Shown here one piece after another: positions 51,501 to 64,000 of a stretch of DNA of 64,000 nt. The notes below the pieces were generated by a model. The model did no database searches. It saw only the letters and a list, made by a program, of their open reading frames with translations, and had not been told where the DNA came from. Within the stretch, counting starts at the first letter, position 1; each line of letters starts with the position of its first letter. The position numbers were made by a program, and so were the translations under genes. The stretch comes from Balanoglossus misakiensis (taxonomy: Eukaryota > Animalia > Hemichordata), in contig CM082576.2 in NCBI GenBank assembly GCA_040954595.2, forward strand, positions 310,001 through 374,000, in the 5' to 3' direction.

Positions 51501-54500
51501 CCAAATGGGCGTCTAACAGCGAATTTTCATTCCATTGGACTTGTTCTGTGAAAGTGTCAAACTTTCATAACACATATCTAGCCCCAGTGTGCGGCAGGGA
51601 GCTATTAATTAGTAATTTCAATAGCGTGCTACTACCACGATTTTTACGTACCCGTAAGTATCAAAACACAATCCCATTTCAATGTGCTCTGTAATTAAGA
51701 TTAGAAACTATTGTTGTTAATTTTTTACTTGTTTTCGCTTGTCAGACAAGGAACAAAACGACGTCTATGAAGCGGTTTTCTTGCCACAAAAATAACACAG
51801 GTGTCCCTCAGCTCCAGTCTGTATACACTTTCCTCAGCTCCGCAGAATAGAGATATTTCAAAATGTAGCGCAGTCGCAAACCAGTGGCATATAATACTGG
51901 CTCAGTATTAGTTCGGAAAAAAGTTATAATGCCAATGAATTCATCATTTAAAAAATAGTTCTTGAAACAAGTTTATATTCTCACTACTATATTTATATGT
52001 TTTTCTTTCTATTCTGTAAAATGTAAGTTTTGGATTTTTTAGTAACGGATTGTTTATTTTGCTGGTAAAATAATGTGATTTATATTTGAAGACTAAAATT
52101 TCCACTTTTGATATATGATGTGTGATAAACACAGTAAAGCGTCACACTTGGAAACATATATTTTATGCATGTTGAAATGTGGTTCAAAACGAAGTCTTCC
52201 ATGTGTATATGACCGAATCTAGCGAAAAATATCGCGATCTTACAATAAGAAACCACTTGACATGAAGAAATGGCAGGCGTGCACGAGCACAAGTGGTGAG
52301 AGTGGTGTGGCCGCAAAAACTCGTCGATGACTCAGAGTCTCGGGGCCCATCACTCATTTGTCGCTGCTGCCTCGTCGAGTTGAAATCGATGATTCAACTC
52401 TTAATAAGAGGTGGCGCACTTTATGCAGCTGTAGGCATCACTGAACTTCACTGCACTGGACATCGCAGGTGCTGAACATTTATTTACTGACGCTATCGGC
52501 TCTTACCGAATACGATACTGAATTTTACACACATGCTCATTTTCATGATTTTCAGAGGATGTCACTGAACGATAGCAATCAGTCATCGTGCGGCACACAG
52601 ACCTATGTCCCGATCACCTTGGCGGAAACCCTTCTCGCCGCCTGGTACACTGATACGGGTCTACATCACTTCAAGTAAGCTTCACTGCGGACGGCGTATT
52701 TTAAAACAAACTCGGAGAACACTATCACCTTTTCAGACCATCCTGGACCATTTTCCCCAACCTTTTCTTCATCTTCCCCCACTTACCATTTCCTTTCTCG
52801 CCGTTTACACAAAAATCATCCTGTAATCCGAGAGGGAAAACGTGATTTCGACGCTTTCAAAGACTAATGGAAACCCCCGGACTGTCTTGTCTGTTCGCCT
52901 ATACAGGAAAGAGGCCTTGAAGAGATTTGATTTTATCGCCAAACCGAGTACACGTTTCGTGTTTCCTATTTGAAAATTGTTGGCAGGCGCACATGTAATA
53001 TCAATGCTTGCAGATAATTTGTTTCAGTGGAAATGAACTCACTCGAATCTCAAAGGAAGCCGCCACTGAAACACTATGACCAGAATAAATTTTCTTCAAT
53101 TTTGAAGTGATCATCCTTTCTCGTGTATATTTCTTCCACGCATTGTCTAATAATAAATATGTACAACTTTACCATTTGCTTTATCAGTGGTACATACTGG
53201 AAAATGCAGAATTGTTTCTGCAGTGGTTTGTCAACGAGGAAAATTAGTTCATTGCTTGTTGTCTCCGATCAAAGACAAGGCCCCCGGGAATAGTATTGTA
53301 ATAGTTGATATACTTTATATATAAATCCGATTTAATCATTATTACATAATAACACAAGAGTGGACTAAGAATCTTATGTGACAGTATCAGGTGAAAATAC
53401 TCTAAATGTTTATGTACGATGGGGAAAACGTGATTGAAAAGTATCACTAAAAATGGAGAGGGCGCCATCACGATTTTCCTTTCATGACAGAAAGACCATG
53501 ACGTCATATAATTGGCACGCAAGGAAGGACTAACCATGCACGTGCTCTTTGAATGGTTCCCTTTTTGTAAAATCTCCAGCGTGAATGCGCTGTAAGTTTT
53601 ATACTCCTAAGGCGCATTCAGTAGGCTACACACAACAAAAAATACTGAAAATAAAGCCATAAGTAGTACAGCTGATGTCCTTTTAATACGAGCTGCGTTG
53701 ATACCGTCCTCTGTCTGTCAGTCTGTCTGTCTGTCTGTCCATCCGTTGTCATATTGATGTTTAATCATCAATACTGATTTTTCAATACATAATTTTCCAT
53801 AAAACACGGTTAGGGGTACAGTATAGTGCAAGTATTACAAAAAGATTTTCGAATACTTTCGATTGTCTCATCAGTCGTTTCTTCGGTCATTCACTATTGT
53901 ACTGAAGAAAAAAAACAGTTATTGTTATATTATTAAAACATCATATGAAAAGCTAAGATCGGAATAAAAGTCTGCCATGGCTGCATTGATAAGCGACTGT
54001 TGGCAGCTTTTCTTTCTAAGAGATGTATATTTGATGAGACGCTGCAAAGCGTAAATGTCACCGAAGCAGATGCATCACGTTTCACATCAAAGAAGAGCAT
54101 CTTTCCCCGAGGGTTGTAGACGCTAATGAAGACTGCGGAAAAAGCCGACAGTAAAATTGCAACATCAAAAGAAATAGCTTAGATATATATACACGTTGAA
54201 TTTACCATGAAATTAAGACTTCAGATCGTGCTTTCTGTCGGCGATATTCTTTGAAAGATTTACGTCGTCGAATGACTCGATGTATGCAATATGATTCGAG
54301 TTTGACTGCTTCTCAGTAACCGCTAAACTACATGTTAATCTACATGTATATTCTACAGCAGTATCTTAAATTTCTCATAATAAGACTAGTTGCAGCTCAC
54401 CTCTTACTCGCTAAGGTTTTACATCACATTTGCATATTTAGTCAACTCCGCTACTGTGCTATACGAGGTACTGAAGACAGTCGTCTGATTTGCATTGTCA

Positions 54501-55650
54501 ATACTCACACTGCGCGTGTGTGTCAGCAAACACAGTCTGCAGAGCCGCAAAGACCAAGACAGAAGAAATCAAAGCATCCAACATTAGGATGCTTTTGCGG
54601 GCGCTGTTTCAAGGTAAGTCGATATCATTTCACAAGAGAAGCCCTGTTCTCTACGTCCTGGGAAATTGTATGTTGTCTTAATTATTTTATAAGCATATCG
54701 AGATTCAATTTACTATAATATAATATATTGACTGATTCCGACGGTATTTTTCAGTTTAATATAGGCATATCTCACGCACCGGGTCATGGCATGTCCTTCG
54801 TGTTCTTTAATTCAAAATTTTCGAATGTAAGAATTTGATCCAGGTAAACCAAAGTGCCAATAAACTGATAATCCATTGTAGCCATAATAAATCCACAAGC
54901 GGGTCGCGTACAAAACATTGACATTTTTTCTTTTTGTCAGTCATGTTTAGCAGGTGAATGCCAGCACTCGGCGCTAATCCTCGTGACCGTTGGCCGTATT
55001 ACTCTTGCTACGGCCAGATTTGTAGGCTAATTAGCCAGGCTTGGTGAATATTTCCCTGTACTCTTTATCGGTCGCTGTCTTTGGCAATTAATTTAACAAT
55101 GTGTCAACATCTCACAGGAACAACCCGTGTAATATTGACAGGAAAATCACGTGTTGCGTTTTTATTTCGCGCAGTCGCCCCCTAGCCTTAAAAAGGGCCA
55201 TAAAACGTACCCTACATGCAAATGAACTGCCCTTCTACTGGCTGGTCCGAACTGCGTGACCTTGTGTGCATACAACAAAACATATTCACTTCTAAGAATT
55301 AAAATGTTGTATTTCATCGCACCATTATAAATATTTAGAAAAAAGAATATCTCATATGAAATATTGATACGATATAATATCCTAAGCATATTTTTCAATA
55401 AGGAAATAGCGACGCAGAAGGTTGGGTTTTATGAAAGCAGTATTCCCTATAGAAGGCTTTGCCTCACGGTCATGACAATAATGCAAGGGATTTTTCCTTA
55501 CCATTGTAACATATTTTCAATCATAACAAGCCTTCCTGTGCTTCTCAAAGCAACCCTTGTATCGCGTTCTAAATACAAGACTCGCCACTGGGGAGTTCTC
55601 ATAACAAACTTTTTTTTTCATTCGTAACAAGACGCCCAAAGCGCTTATCG

Positions 55651-55726
55651 AGATTTCCAATAACTATTAAGATTGGAGAACCCGCGTAAGATTTCCAATG
55701 ACCATTACAATTAGGGAACCCACGAG
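55651..55726 (+). repeat. Imperfect 38-bp tandem duplication
   Basis: agatttccaataactattaagattggagaacccgcgta / agatttccaatgaccattacaattagggaacccacgag. Confidence 0.7.
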
Positions 55727-58700
55727 AATAGTTGTTTTTATCATACAGCTGATTTATATGATGATTTTTTTTCAGTGTGTAGGCTTTTTCATATCGATAT
55801 TAAAATCAATTATTATGTAGCACGACAGATTGTGAAGGATTATGAGATAAGCTAGATGCGCCATCAGCGATTGGACAATATTCATGTTCGACATTTTCTA
55901 TAAGATCTACATGTAGTCTCCAAGGGGGTCGTATTGCCGTTCTGGCGTCACTCTTGTTTGACCTGCAGTCTTTTTCGCCGTAACCCATTGGTCTTTGGAT
56001 GAGGCTTGACATCAGACTAGCAACATTAACTAGAAACTAGGAATTAACCAGGAGATAGAATTATTGCCATGATTCAGGTCTGTGCATAAATCTGAATGGA
56101 AAATGATTATAAGTGTTTTAATAACACCTATAAATACATGATCTCATAAGAATGTGAACAATTATCTCCACTACATCTATCCAGGTGAAGAAAGACAGAA
56201 TGACTAAGTGCGCCATGGGGGCTCACCATACCTCGTACTTTGTAAAATTTAGTTTAAGTCTGTTTACGTCACAAGCCGAGGAAGTAAACGCAACTTTGTC
56301 TTCAGGAGAATAAAGATGACCAGAAAATGACAGTAGCTTTGAAACACCACGACATCATTAGAGATTGATAGAATGCAACCTCGAAATAAGGGACGATGTC
56401 GGTACTTGTTTTTCCTCTCCGCGCCCGGCTCACGACTGAATATCGAATGTAATGGCAAACCAATTCATTCTAGTTGCTTTCAGTATTCTCTCCGTTATAA
56501 GTGAAGACGATGTTTTTGAAATGTTTAAGTTGAGGCAATGTACGGGTTGGAGATTAATGGCCAGGTCTGGGAACTGGGTGACCTTAGCATGCAGTAAGTC
56601 TGATTTCATGCAGACGACATTTTTACCCGGTGGTTATATGTACACGTAATTATCCACTAGAGGGCAGACACTGTAGACGGTTAAAGTACTCCATGCAAAT
56701 GTTAAGTTTCACCTGGCAGCTATCACTGTCTTCAATTCGGCGATACATCAATCAAGGTCGTTTACTTTATGGTGTCTCAGCTTTAATGAGGAACATGAGA
56801 CCCCATCGGCTGGTGCGTTTGGCAGGCAAGGTAATTACCAGACTTTCAAACGTCTCGTTTGGTCTGAGAATACTCTTGCAAGGCGATAATACTGCATGCT
56901 GGGTAGTTCATTGGTGTACAGAAAAGGTCACCACGGAATGAAAATGATAAAATTAAAGGGGAACAACTTTTGTAAAACAGTATAATATACTTGGCAATTC
57001 CGCCATAACAATGTCTTATCCGTGTTAATTTTCTCTGTGTGTGACTGACAGATTATTAATCGTCTGCGTTGCGAAACGAGATCCTTTATTTCTTTTAAAG
57101 AACAGTCTGCCTTGATCACTACATATAAACGTGCGTCATTATCACAATGGTAATGGACTACCGCTATTCTTCAGTGAGACTGACATATTCTTTTACAAAA
57201 ACACGTACACCACATTGTTAACAGAGATTAATCTGGAAGAGACACACCATGAATATATCTGAATCGGTAAATCAGCGTTATTCGGCGAAATCACGTGATT
57301 ACAAGTTACATTCCAGTGTTATAATTGACGTGACAATCTCTAACTGATGTTACATATTTTCGTCGCCATGGCAATACGAAGTCAGCGAAACTATACATGT
57401 CATTAATCGCCAAAGGAATTTTGCACGAGTAAGTCACTGATCCCAAATGCGTACGTGTAAGAAGATGCGGTTGTATTGAAGGGGTTGTTTTGTATTGAAG
57501 GAAATACGGTACACTCTTCGGAATTTCACACTGTGTTCCAGTAAGGGTAATGTTTTCAACCCCTTCGTCTGAAGTCATTAAAAAAACACGTCAATTATGT
57601 CCAGAATTCTATCTGTAGTTGGTCTTTATTCAGTAATTCCAAGCCATCGGCCCAATATACAAACAAAATTCGAAAACATTATTAAATGACAGGAGGATGT
57701 GACAAAAGCAGTGTTGAAACATTAGTTTACATTTTCAATATCTTTTCTGCATATCATAGCTCGAAATGTAAAAGCTGTTTATCTCTGTAACAAATCAGGG
57801 TATTGAGTCATTTGATATAATCTGCATGGGTATCAGTATGTTGATCTGTTTATTCCTTCCGTTATTTGTTATGACAGTATTTTAATATACATTTTATTAT
57901 TGTCAATTTTTTCTTGTAGGGTTTTGGGTCACGAAAATAAGGGAGAAATGATAGATTGAAATTGTGTCGCAACCAACATCATACAGCTTGCATGCTTCTC
58001 AGATTTCTACAGTTTTCAATGTAAAGTCGTTTGTGTAAAACACTATAGGCATATACAGTTATATAGTTTGCTTTGCATCTTACAAATGCACCTTTTCTGC
58101 GCTTTTTACAGAAATGAGGGCGCACACTCAAGAATCTGGAATGCACTTATGACATCTTATAAGGTTACCTTAAACTCATTATGATTTCTTGTTAGCGTAC
58201 AGCGAAGTCGTATCTGCAGCTGCCCTCCCTTGGGCCAACTTCTCTATATCACACAGCCACTGCGTCTCTCACGCATGCGTGTGTAACTTAATATGAAGTA
58301 GAAAATATCACCATCGACGTAAACCCTAGTTGAAAACTCAAAGTGAAATCCCTTCACGTCAAGGGGCGTGTATCAAAATCCGTAAGCTTCTAACGATAGA
58401 TTCGAAGACTCAAGATAGACGTCATTACATTATGTCATTAAATGTAAATCTGTTCTTTTGCTTCAGTTCTTTGTTTCTTTCTGTAGGGGAGAAATAACCA
58501 TGTGAGCGGTTGTTATTGGAAACATTTTCTTTTCTGACACAAAAGGAGGCCCACCTAGCGAATAAATAATAATAATACTATAGTGAGATACAGCGCTCGT
58601 ATCAGCAATTGTGCTCAAGCGAACTGTGTCATCATGTGACCACCAATGGCGTGAAGTTTGCCATCTCTTCATGCGCCTGTTCAGACACACTTTAACATTT

Positions 58701-59146
58701 TGAATGATTAGTCAGTAAGTTTGATTTATACGGATACAGTGGTAGGAATGTTAGACTGTCGAATCGGAATGTAATATATGATAATGTAGTATTTTAGGCA
58801 AATTAATTTGTGGTCGTGTGAGGGCAGTCTTACAACAACCATGTGGTTTGTTCACCATAAAGAGAATAAACTACCAATTTATCTCTTATGATCATCCAGA
58901 ACTATTTTACACCTATTTATGTGATTTCGGCAAGGCAGCGTGAAAATGATTCATGACATTTTTTTTTACTTTTAAAACTGCGCCCTCAATGAGTAGCAAG
59001 TACGCCACACGTTTTCTCAATTATCCGATTAACGGAAGACATCAAAGCGTGAAGGTTTTAGAAGAACTGATTATTTTGCCCAACTTGGAACACAGTGATC
59101 GTTTTAGAAACATTTTAATCATTCTACGCGATGGTTAGTTTTATGT

Positions 59147-59992
59147 TGTGATAAAATGTCTTCATTGTTCATCTGTGTGTTGTGTGTTCTGTATTTGTTG
59201 TCTCTTGTCATCTAAGTTTCTATGGTGCATCAGTATATACATGTATTTGTATAAGGTGGTTAGATAGACAGGTAAATGACAGTGATGGAATGGACTGTTC
59301 CAGGATTAATTTACATAAGCAGTGGTTCAGTCTATATGTGTCACTTGTTATATAATTCGCTGCCAGGGTGCTCTCATCACTTGTGAATATTCGGGTCACA
59401 AACTGTAACAATAGACTTTGGTGTAAGGCTAACAATGGCCATGAATATATTACCATACTAAGGGATCATTAACTATGCTGAGTCGTGCACCTGGGATCTC
59501 GTATAAAAGGATTTTACCATGCATGATTCTGGGAGAGACTGATATTGTAGCCTGCGGGACGCTTGGACGAGAGACTTCTGCTGAACAGTTTGGTAAAACC
59601 CTAAGTCGTGTGATTCCACCAGAGAGGAAACCACTAGCAGTGTGATTCTACCCGGACTTGTGCCTGGACCACATCATTCTACCGCAAATCTGCAGACAGA
59701 GACTTTAACTTGGAGAAAGAACTTGAGCTCACCAGACATCACTTCACCTCGTGACATTTTTAGTATCAGGTTAGGGAATAGAAACCACCTGTATTGTCTT
59801 TGTACTGCATTGTAATTGTTGTGTTGTCGTGTGTTTTTTGTGTAGTTCGACTTTCATGTTATTTTGGTTATATTGCATATAACAGCCCAACAGAGTCATG
59901 TTGTGACTGTGGAAAGTCGTAATAAATCAACCTAAACTTGGAAAACGTATCGTTCCGTTTTTGTTCACCACGGTCATCCCCTCCATGTGACA
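59147..59992 (+). mobile_element. Solo LTR (846 bp)
   Basis: TGT...ACA termini; 5-bp TSD TATGT (59142-59146, 59993-59997); TATAAAA at 59502-59508; AATAAA at 59921-59926 shortly before the 3' end. Confidence 0.85.
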
Positions 59993-61528
59993 TATGTATA
60001 CTCTCATAATATGACACTCAAATAATATAATGTATATTGATATATAGGCCTATTGTCATATTTGCATATCTGTTAAAATTAAATATTACTGGTAGCAAAC
60101 CAACTACTGCATAACCGCAGTTATTAATATTTGCATTCTTTCTTTCTCACCCTTCCATGGCGTCTGTGGTTCTCTGTTGACGGCCGTAGCGGTCTCCAAC
60201 AAGTCAGCTCATCGAAGCCGTCAAAGAAGTGTAAGCCCTGTCAGAAGACGCCGTAGGTTAGTCAATAGTTCATGTATTTGGCCTTCATCGGCCGGCATTC
60301 TCCTTTATTACAAATAAGTGCAGGAAAAATGGTTTACCTTTTACAGAGTTTGATATTAGGTATGATGACCACTCAAACCTTTTTGAAGATTCTTGCGATA
60401 CTTTTTTGCCAACATTTTCTCTTCACGTAAGACCAAATCGGACAAAAACACGTGATCACATGATGTTGAGAACGTGTTTGTGTGTATACCCATCAATAAG
60501 CACATTTAAACGAACCAATCGGAGTTTCAAAGTCGTGAACGAAATACAAAAATGTGCTTTATGCATGAGAGTGTTTGCCCATGCATTTCTTCATACGATG
60601 GCGCCACACAACCATAATATGAGAAATGGAGAAATACATAAAATCAAAGCCATCCATTTGTAATGTAAGCGATTTGAAATCTACTACTGGGCAGAAAATG
60701 TGTCATGTTCAATAAGCATGTCTTAAATATGTAATATTATGTTTTGTTCTCAGGAGACGAAGATCAGCTCTTACTTCATCACAGGTAAATCGTAGTTTAT
60801 ATTCAACAAGTTACCCACATATCCTAAAAAAATACATAAACCGACTTATATACTGAAGTGTGTAGATGTTACACAGGATTATTACATGCATATTTAACAT
60901 TAAAGAAACATTCAAGGGGAGTTGACTCAATTCAAGAAATTCTTGAATACAGCAAGGATTTGGCGTAATGGATCTTGATTGCCGTCGCAGTCATCCAATC
61001 TTAGCATCCTAGATAGTGGCGCATCCCCAGTTACCATAGAAACAACTTACTCCTGTTGCTTCGGGATGATGTTGTCGAAATAAGTAGAATCATCTTTACG
61101 TGAGCAATTTCAGTGATTGTAGGAGTACTTTAAAAAGCTTGAATTTGATAATGATAATGTTAAAACGAGTTCCTTCTCTGGAGCCTCCATCTTGTGAAAG
61201 AACAGATGTTTGAAGGCAAACGCAGTTCAATAAGGGTCCGGACCTCACCTTAATTCATGGCGTTCTCAGACGGCTGATTAAAATAAAACTGAACACGCTG
61301 AATCACCCTTGCATCTGTAGCGCCACCATACTTGCAGGTAATAACTAATACATCATTACTCTAATGACATCCTCCTTCGCACAGCTGGAGAGAAAGCGAG
61401 GATTACCTGCAGCCTTTGATGTGTGGTTTTCAATAATTCATGGAGGAATTGAGCTTTGCGCGCAGTTACTTCAATTTCCAGAAATTGTTTTATTTCGCTA
61501 GTACATGATTGCATGAAAATGAACACCC

Positions 61529-61671
61529 CACATACATGCATGCATGCATACATGCATGCATACACACACGCATGCATACACACACGCATGCATACACACA
61601 CGCATGCATACACACACGCATGCATTCATATACGCATACACGCATTGATACACACATTCATGCACGCACAC
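61529..61671 (+). repeat. Degenerate (CATG/CA/CG) purine-pyrimidine alternating microsatellite
   Basis: Directly visible (catacacacgcatg units). Confidence 0.9.
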
Positions 61672-62982
61672 ATCACTTACTTTCTTCATGTAATTTGTTA
61701 CATTCTCTGATACGATTGGAGGCATGCACGATTTGCCACAGGCCAGCCGCATCAATGAATAAGAATGATTTCTTATCTCCGAACATGCATGGTGAAATCG
61801 CGACATTATGTCTTCCCATTGGTGCCATAGCTTGAGGCATTTCCATAATAAAATTTGAAAAAACGAGAATTCTTTCCAATACTGCCTGGTTATTAGGCGT
61901 ATCACTAATCGCAAACCAGATAATAACATTGCACCGAAAAGCTGCATCAAGCCACAGTACCAGACGATATTTTGCTCCACCTGGTTCGTGTCCGACAATT
62001 AAAATAACGAATCAGTCATTAATGGCCAATTATCTCGACAGTTCTTTGCCACAAGTTAATGGCAGAAATAAAAGTCATTCTCAAGGCCAAAGTTAGATTC
62101 GTTTACGTCAGGAGTGTTGATAATACAAACTCTGAGCTGTAAAAGAAGACTGGTTTGAGTCGCATGTATTCTAAAAATACATCGTCACCAACCAACATAA
62201 TATAGTCTTCAAACTCACAGTAGGGATCCTGATACCATGCAAGTGATTTGTCAAATGCAAGTCAGATACTCCGGAAAATTAGCCGTATGTTACCATGGCA
62301 ACAACCTTTCTTGTTTCTTCAAAGTCGCGTGTTGTTTGCCGCAGTTATTCATCCAACTGTACACCAAGCAAAACACATGTTTTCTTTTAGAATCGTCTCT
62401 CAAACATGTGAGACATATTCCGGTACCTTTTTGAAAAGATTCAATGACTAAGAACCCTGTCTGCACCTTCTGCAGATGCCAAGTAATTAAGACACTGGGT
62501 ATATAATGTTTACCATTATTAACCATACCAAAGAATGTTTGAAAGTAACATTTGGAAACTGAAATGGCTATAATGGCCTAAAATTGCTTTCAAACCAATT
62601 ACCCCTTATTTCGCCATTTCACTAAATGAATTCGCCTCCAAGTTTTCCTTTTCTACTGACGTTCGTCTAAGAAATAATTTACGTCCGTCGGTGAGTAGAG
62701 CTGGTTAGGGTGTTGCTAGGACTTATCTTATTCAGCAGTAACGAGTCATCATATTACAATCATTAAAAGTGGTAAGAAAGATGTATAAGGTCGTCCATTA
62801 TCCCATGCATTTGACAAATCACATATTGGATTTAATCACGCTTAACAGCAGCTTTGAAAGATACAACCAGAGCGTCATCCGATGACTACAAGGGCCCATT
62901 ACAAGGGTTTCCGATGTCAGTCTGGGTTCTGCCTCAAGATGACAGACAATGATTGGCTAATCAGGTGTATACCTCGCATGAT

Positions 62983-63044
62983 TGTGTGTATGTGTAACTG
63001 ACATGTGTGCGTGTGCGTGTGTGTGCGCGCGCGTGTGTGTGTGT
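62983..63044 (+). repeat. (GT/GC)n degenerate microsatellite
   Basis: Directly visible. Confidence 0.85.
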
Positions 63045-63359
63045 TAAATGAAAAGAAACAAAAACATAGAAGACAACTAGAGGGTATTTAATAATAATGT
63101 GCGTATAACTGGCCATGAACAGTCAATCTGTTAAAATTAGAACATCACCAGTCGCCATAATTTTATTTCCTCGGGGAAACGCGTGAACAGCCGGGCCCTT
63201 CTGACAGATCCGCTTTCACGTCACCACTGGGAATAATAGAAAAGATTCTTACAATTAAACATCGGTTGAACGCGAGATAGACGTGATATGTTATAATGAA
63301 CAAAAACACATTTATGGGAGTAAATAATTCTTCATTGTTTGCATTTGTCGGAGATAGGT

Positions 63360-63781
63360 CTAAACTAAAAAGACGCGAGAAACAAAATTCTTCACCCCGG
63401 GATTGGAATCTGTAAACATCATAAGTGGTGGCGGCTTCCATCTGAGCATGCGCGCATCGTTTTCTTGAAATGGAAGAAGTGATCCCATCGCGATTGCCTC
63501 CTCTTCTGTGATGTCACGGCCACGAGTAAGGAGGCGAGGTAGAATTCGCGGTGCCTGTATATCATTCACTTGCGCCAGAAATGGACCCACAGTTGGTCCA
63601 GAATTCGGGGGAAGACGCGTCTCAGTCGCAGTATCTGCGCTCGCGAAGAATACGCCAGTTGACGAAGGGCAACGCTCTAACCGTGACGGACAGCGAATCC
63701 GAAAGTGTGTCAAAACAAGACGAGACACCTAACAAAGCTGTCCAAAAGGATTTCAGTGACAGTTCATCAGTTATCAGTGCA
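63360..63781. other. Unassigned exon-like GC-rich segment (strand ambiguous)
   Basis: Minus strand: 122-codon frame starting right after a ttgtTAG| acceptor (63728) and ending in TAG. Plus strand: frame MDPQLVQ...SSVISA ending at GCA|GTGAGT (63781). No domain recognised. Confidence 0.35.
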
Positions 63782-64000
63782 GTGAGTAGATTTTTAATGT
63801 CATGCAATTGCTGTATGAGATACGTGTTATGTAGGATCATTTTACCCTCAAAAATCGAGAAATGAACTTTCATCTACGTATTTAAAGAGCGAGTAGAAAT
63901 CACAATTTGCCTTGAATGAACAAAAATATGACAGCTTTAGTGTGTTGGTATGTTCTCCACATGGAGCTTTACAAAGACGATGCCTTATGATGACATTTTA

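Noticed and set aside
61356-61998. ORFs up to 166 aa rich in C/V/M/H
   Set aside because: They stay open only because of the low-complexity CATG/CA repeat; no domain recognised.
1-64000. CRISPR arrays, tRNA/rRNA genes, prokaryotic operons, recognisable miRNA hairpins
   Set aside because: None seen; the sequence is spliceosomal-intron animal DNA. Small ncRNAs cannot be excluded without an Infernal/Rfam search.

Overview
Eukaryotic, intron-rich animal genomic DNA, not prokaryotic. Splicing exons by hand recovers three genes in the order MIPOL1 (-), SLC25A21 (+) and Pax1/9 (-). MIPOL1 has 8-9 coding exons in 7078-13304 and its 3' end was not found in the window. SLC25A21 is complete (8 exons, 13640-17054, 296 aa) and lies head-to-head with MIPOL1 across about 335 bp. 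Pax1/9 is complete (5 coding exons, 24825-42139, about 383 aa) and lies tail-to-tail with SLC25A21. This is the middle of the known deuterostome 'pharyngeal' cluster (Nkx2.1-Nkx2.2-Pax1/9-Slc25a21-Mipol1-FoxA). The unduplicated-looking Pax1/9 and mosaic CpG depletion suggest an invertebrate deuterostome, probably a hemichordate or other ambulacrarian (inference). The rest is non-coding: two MITEs with target-site duplications flanking the bidirectional promoter, a solo LTR, microsatellites, candidate cis-regulatory motifs, and unexplained exon-like segments at 54.6-63.8 kb. I found no evidence for a wholly new biological system; most ORFs in the supplied track are spurious.
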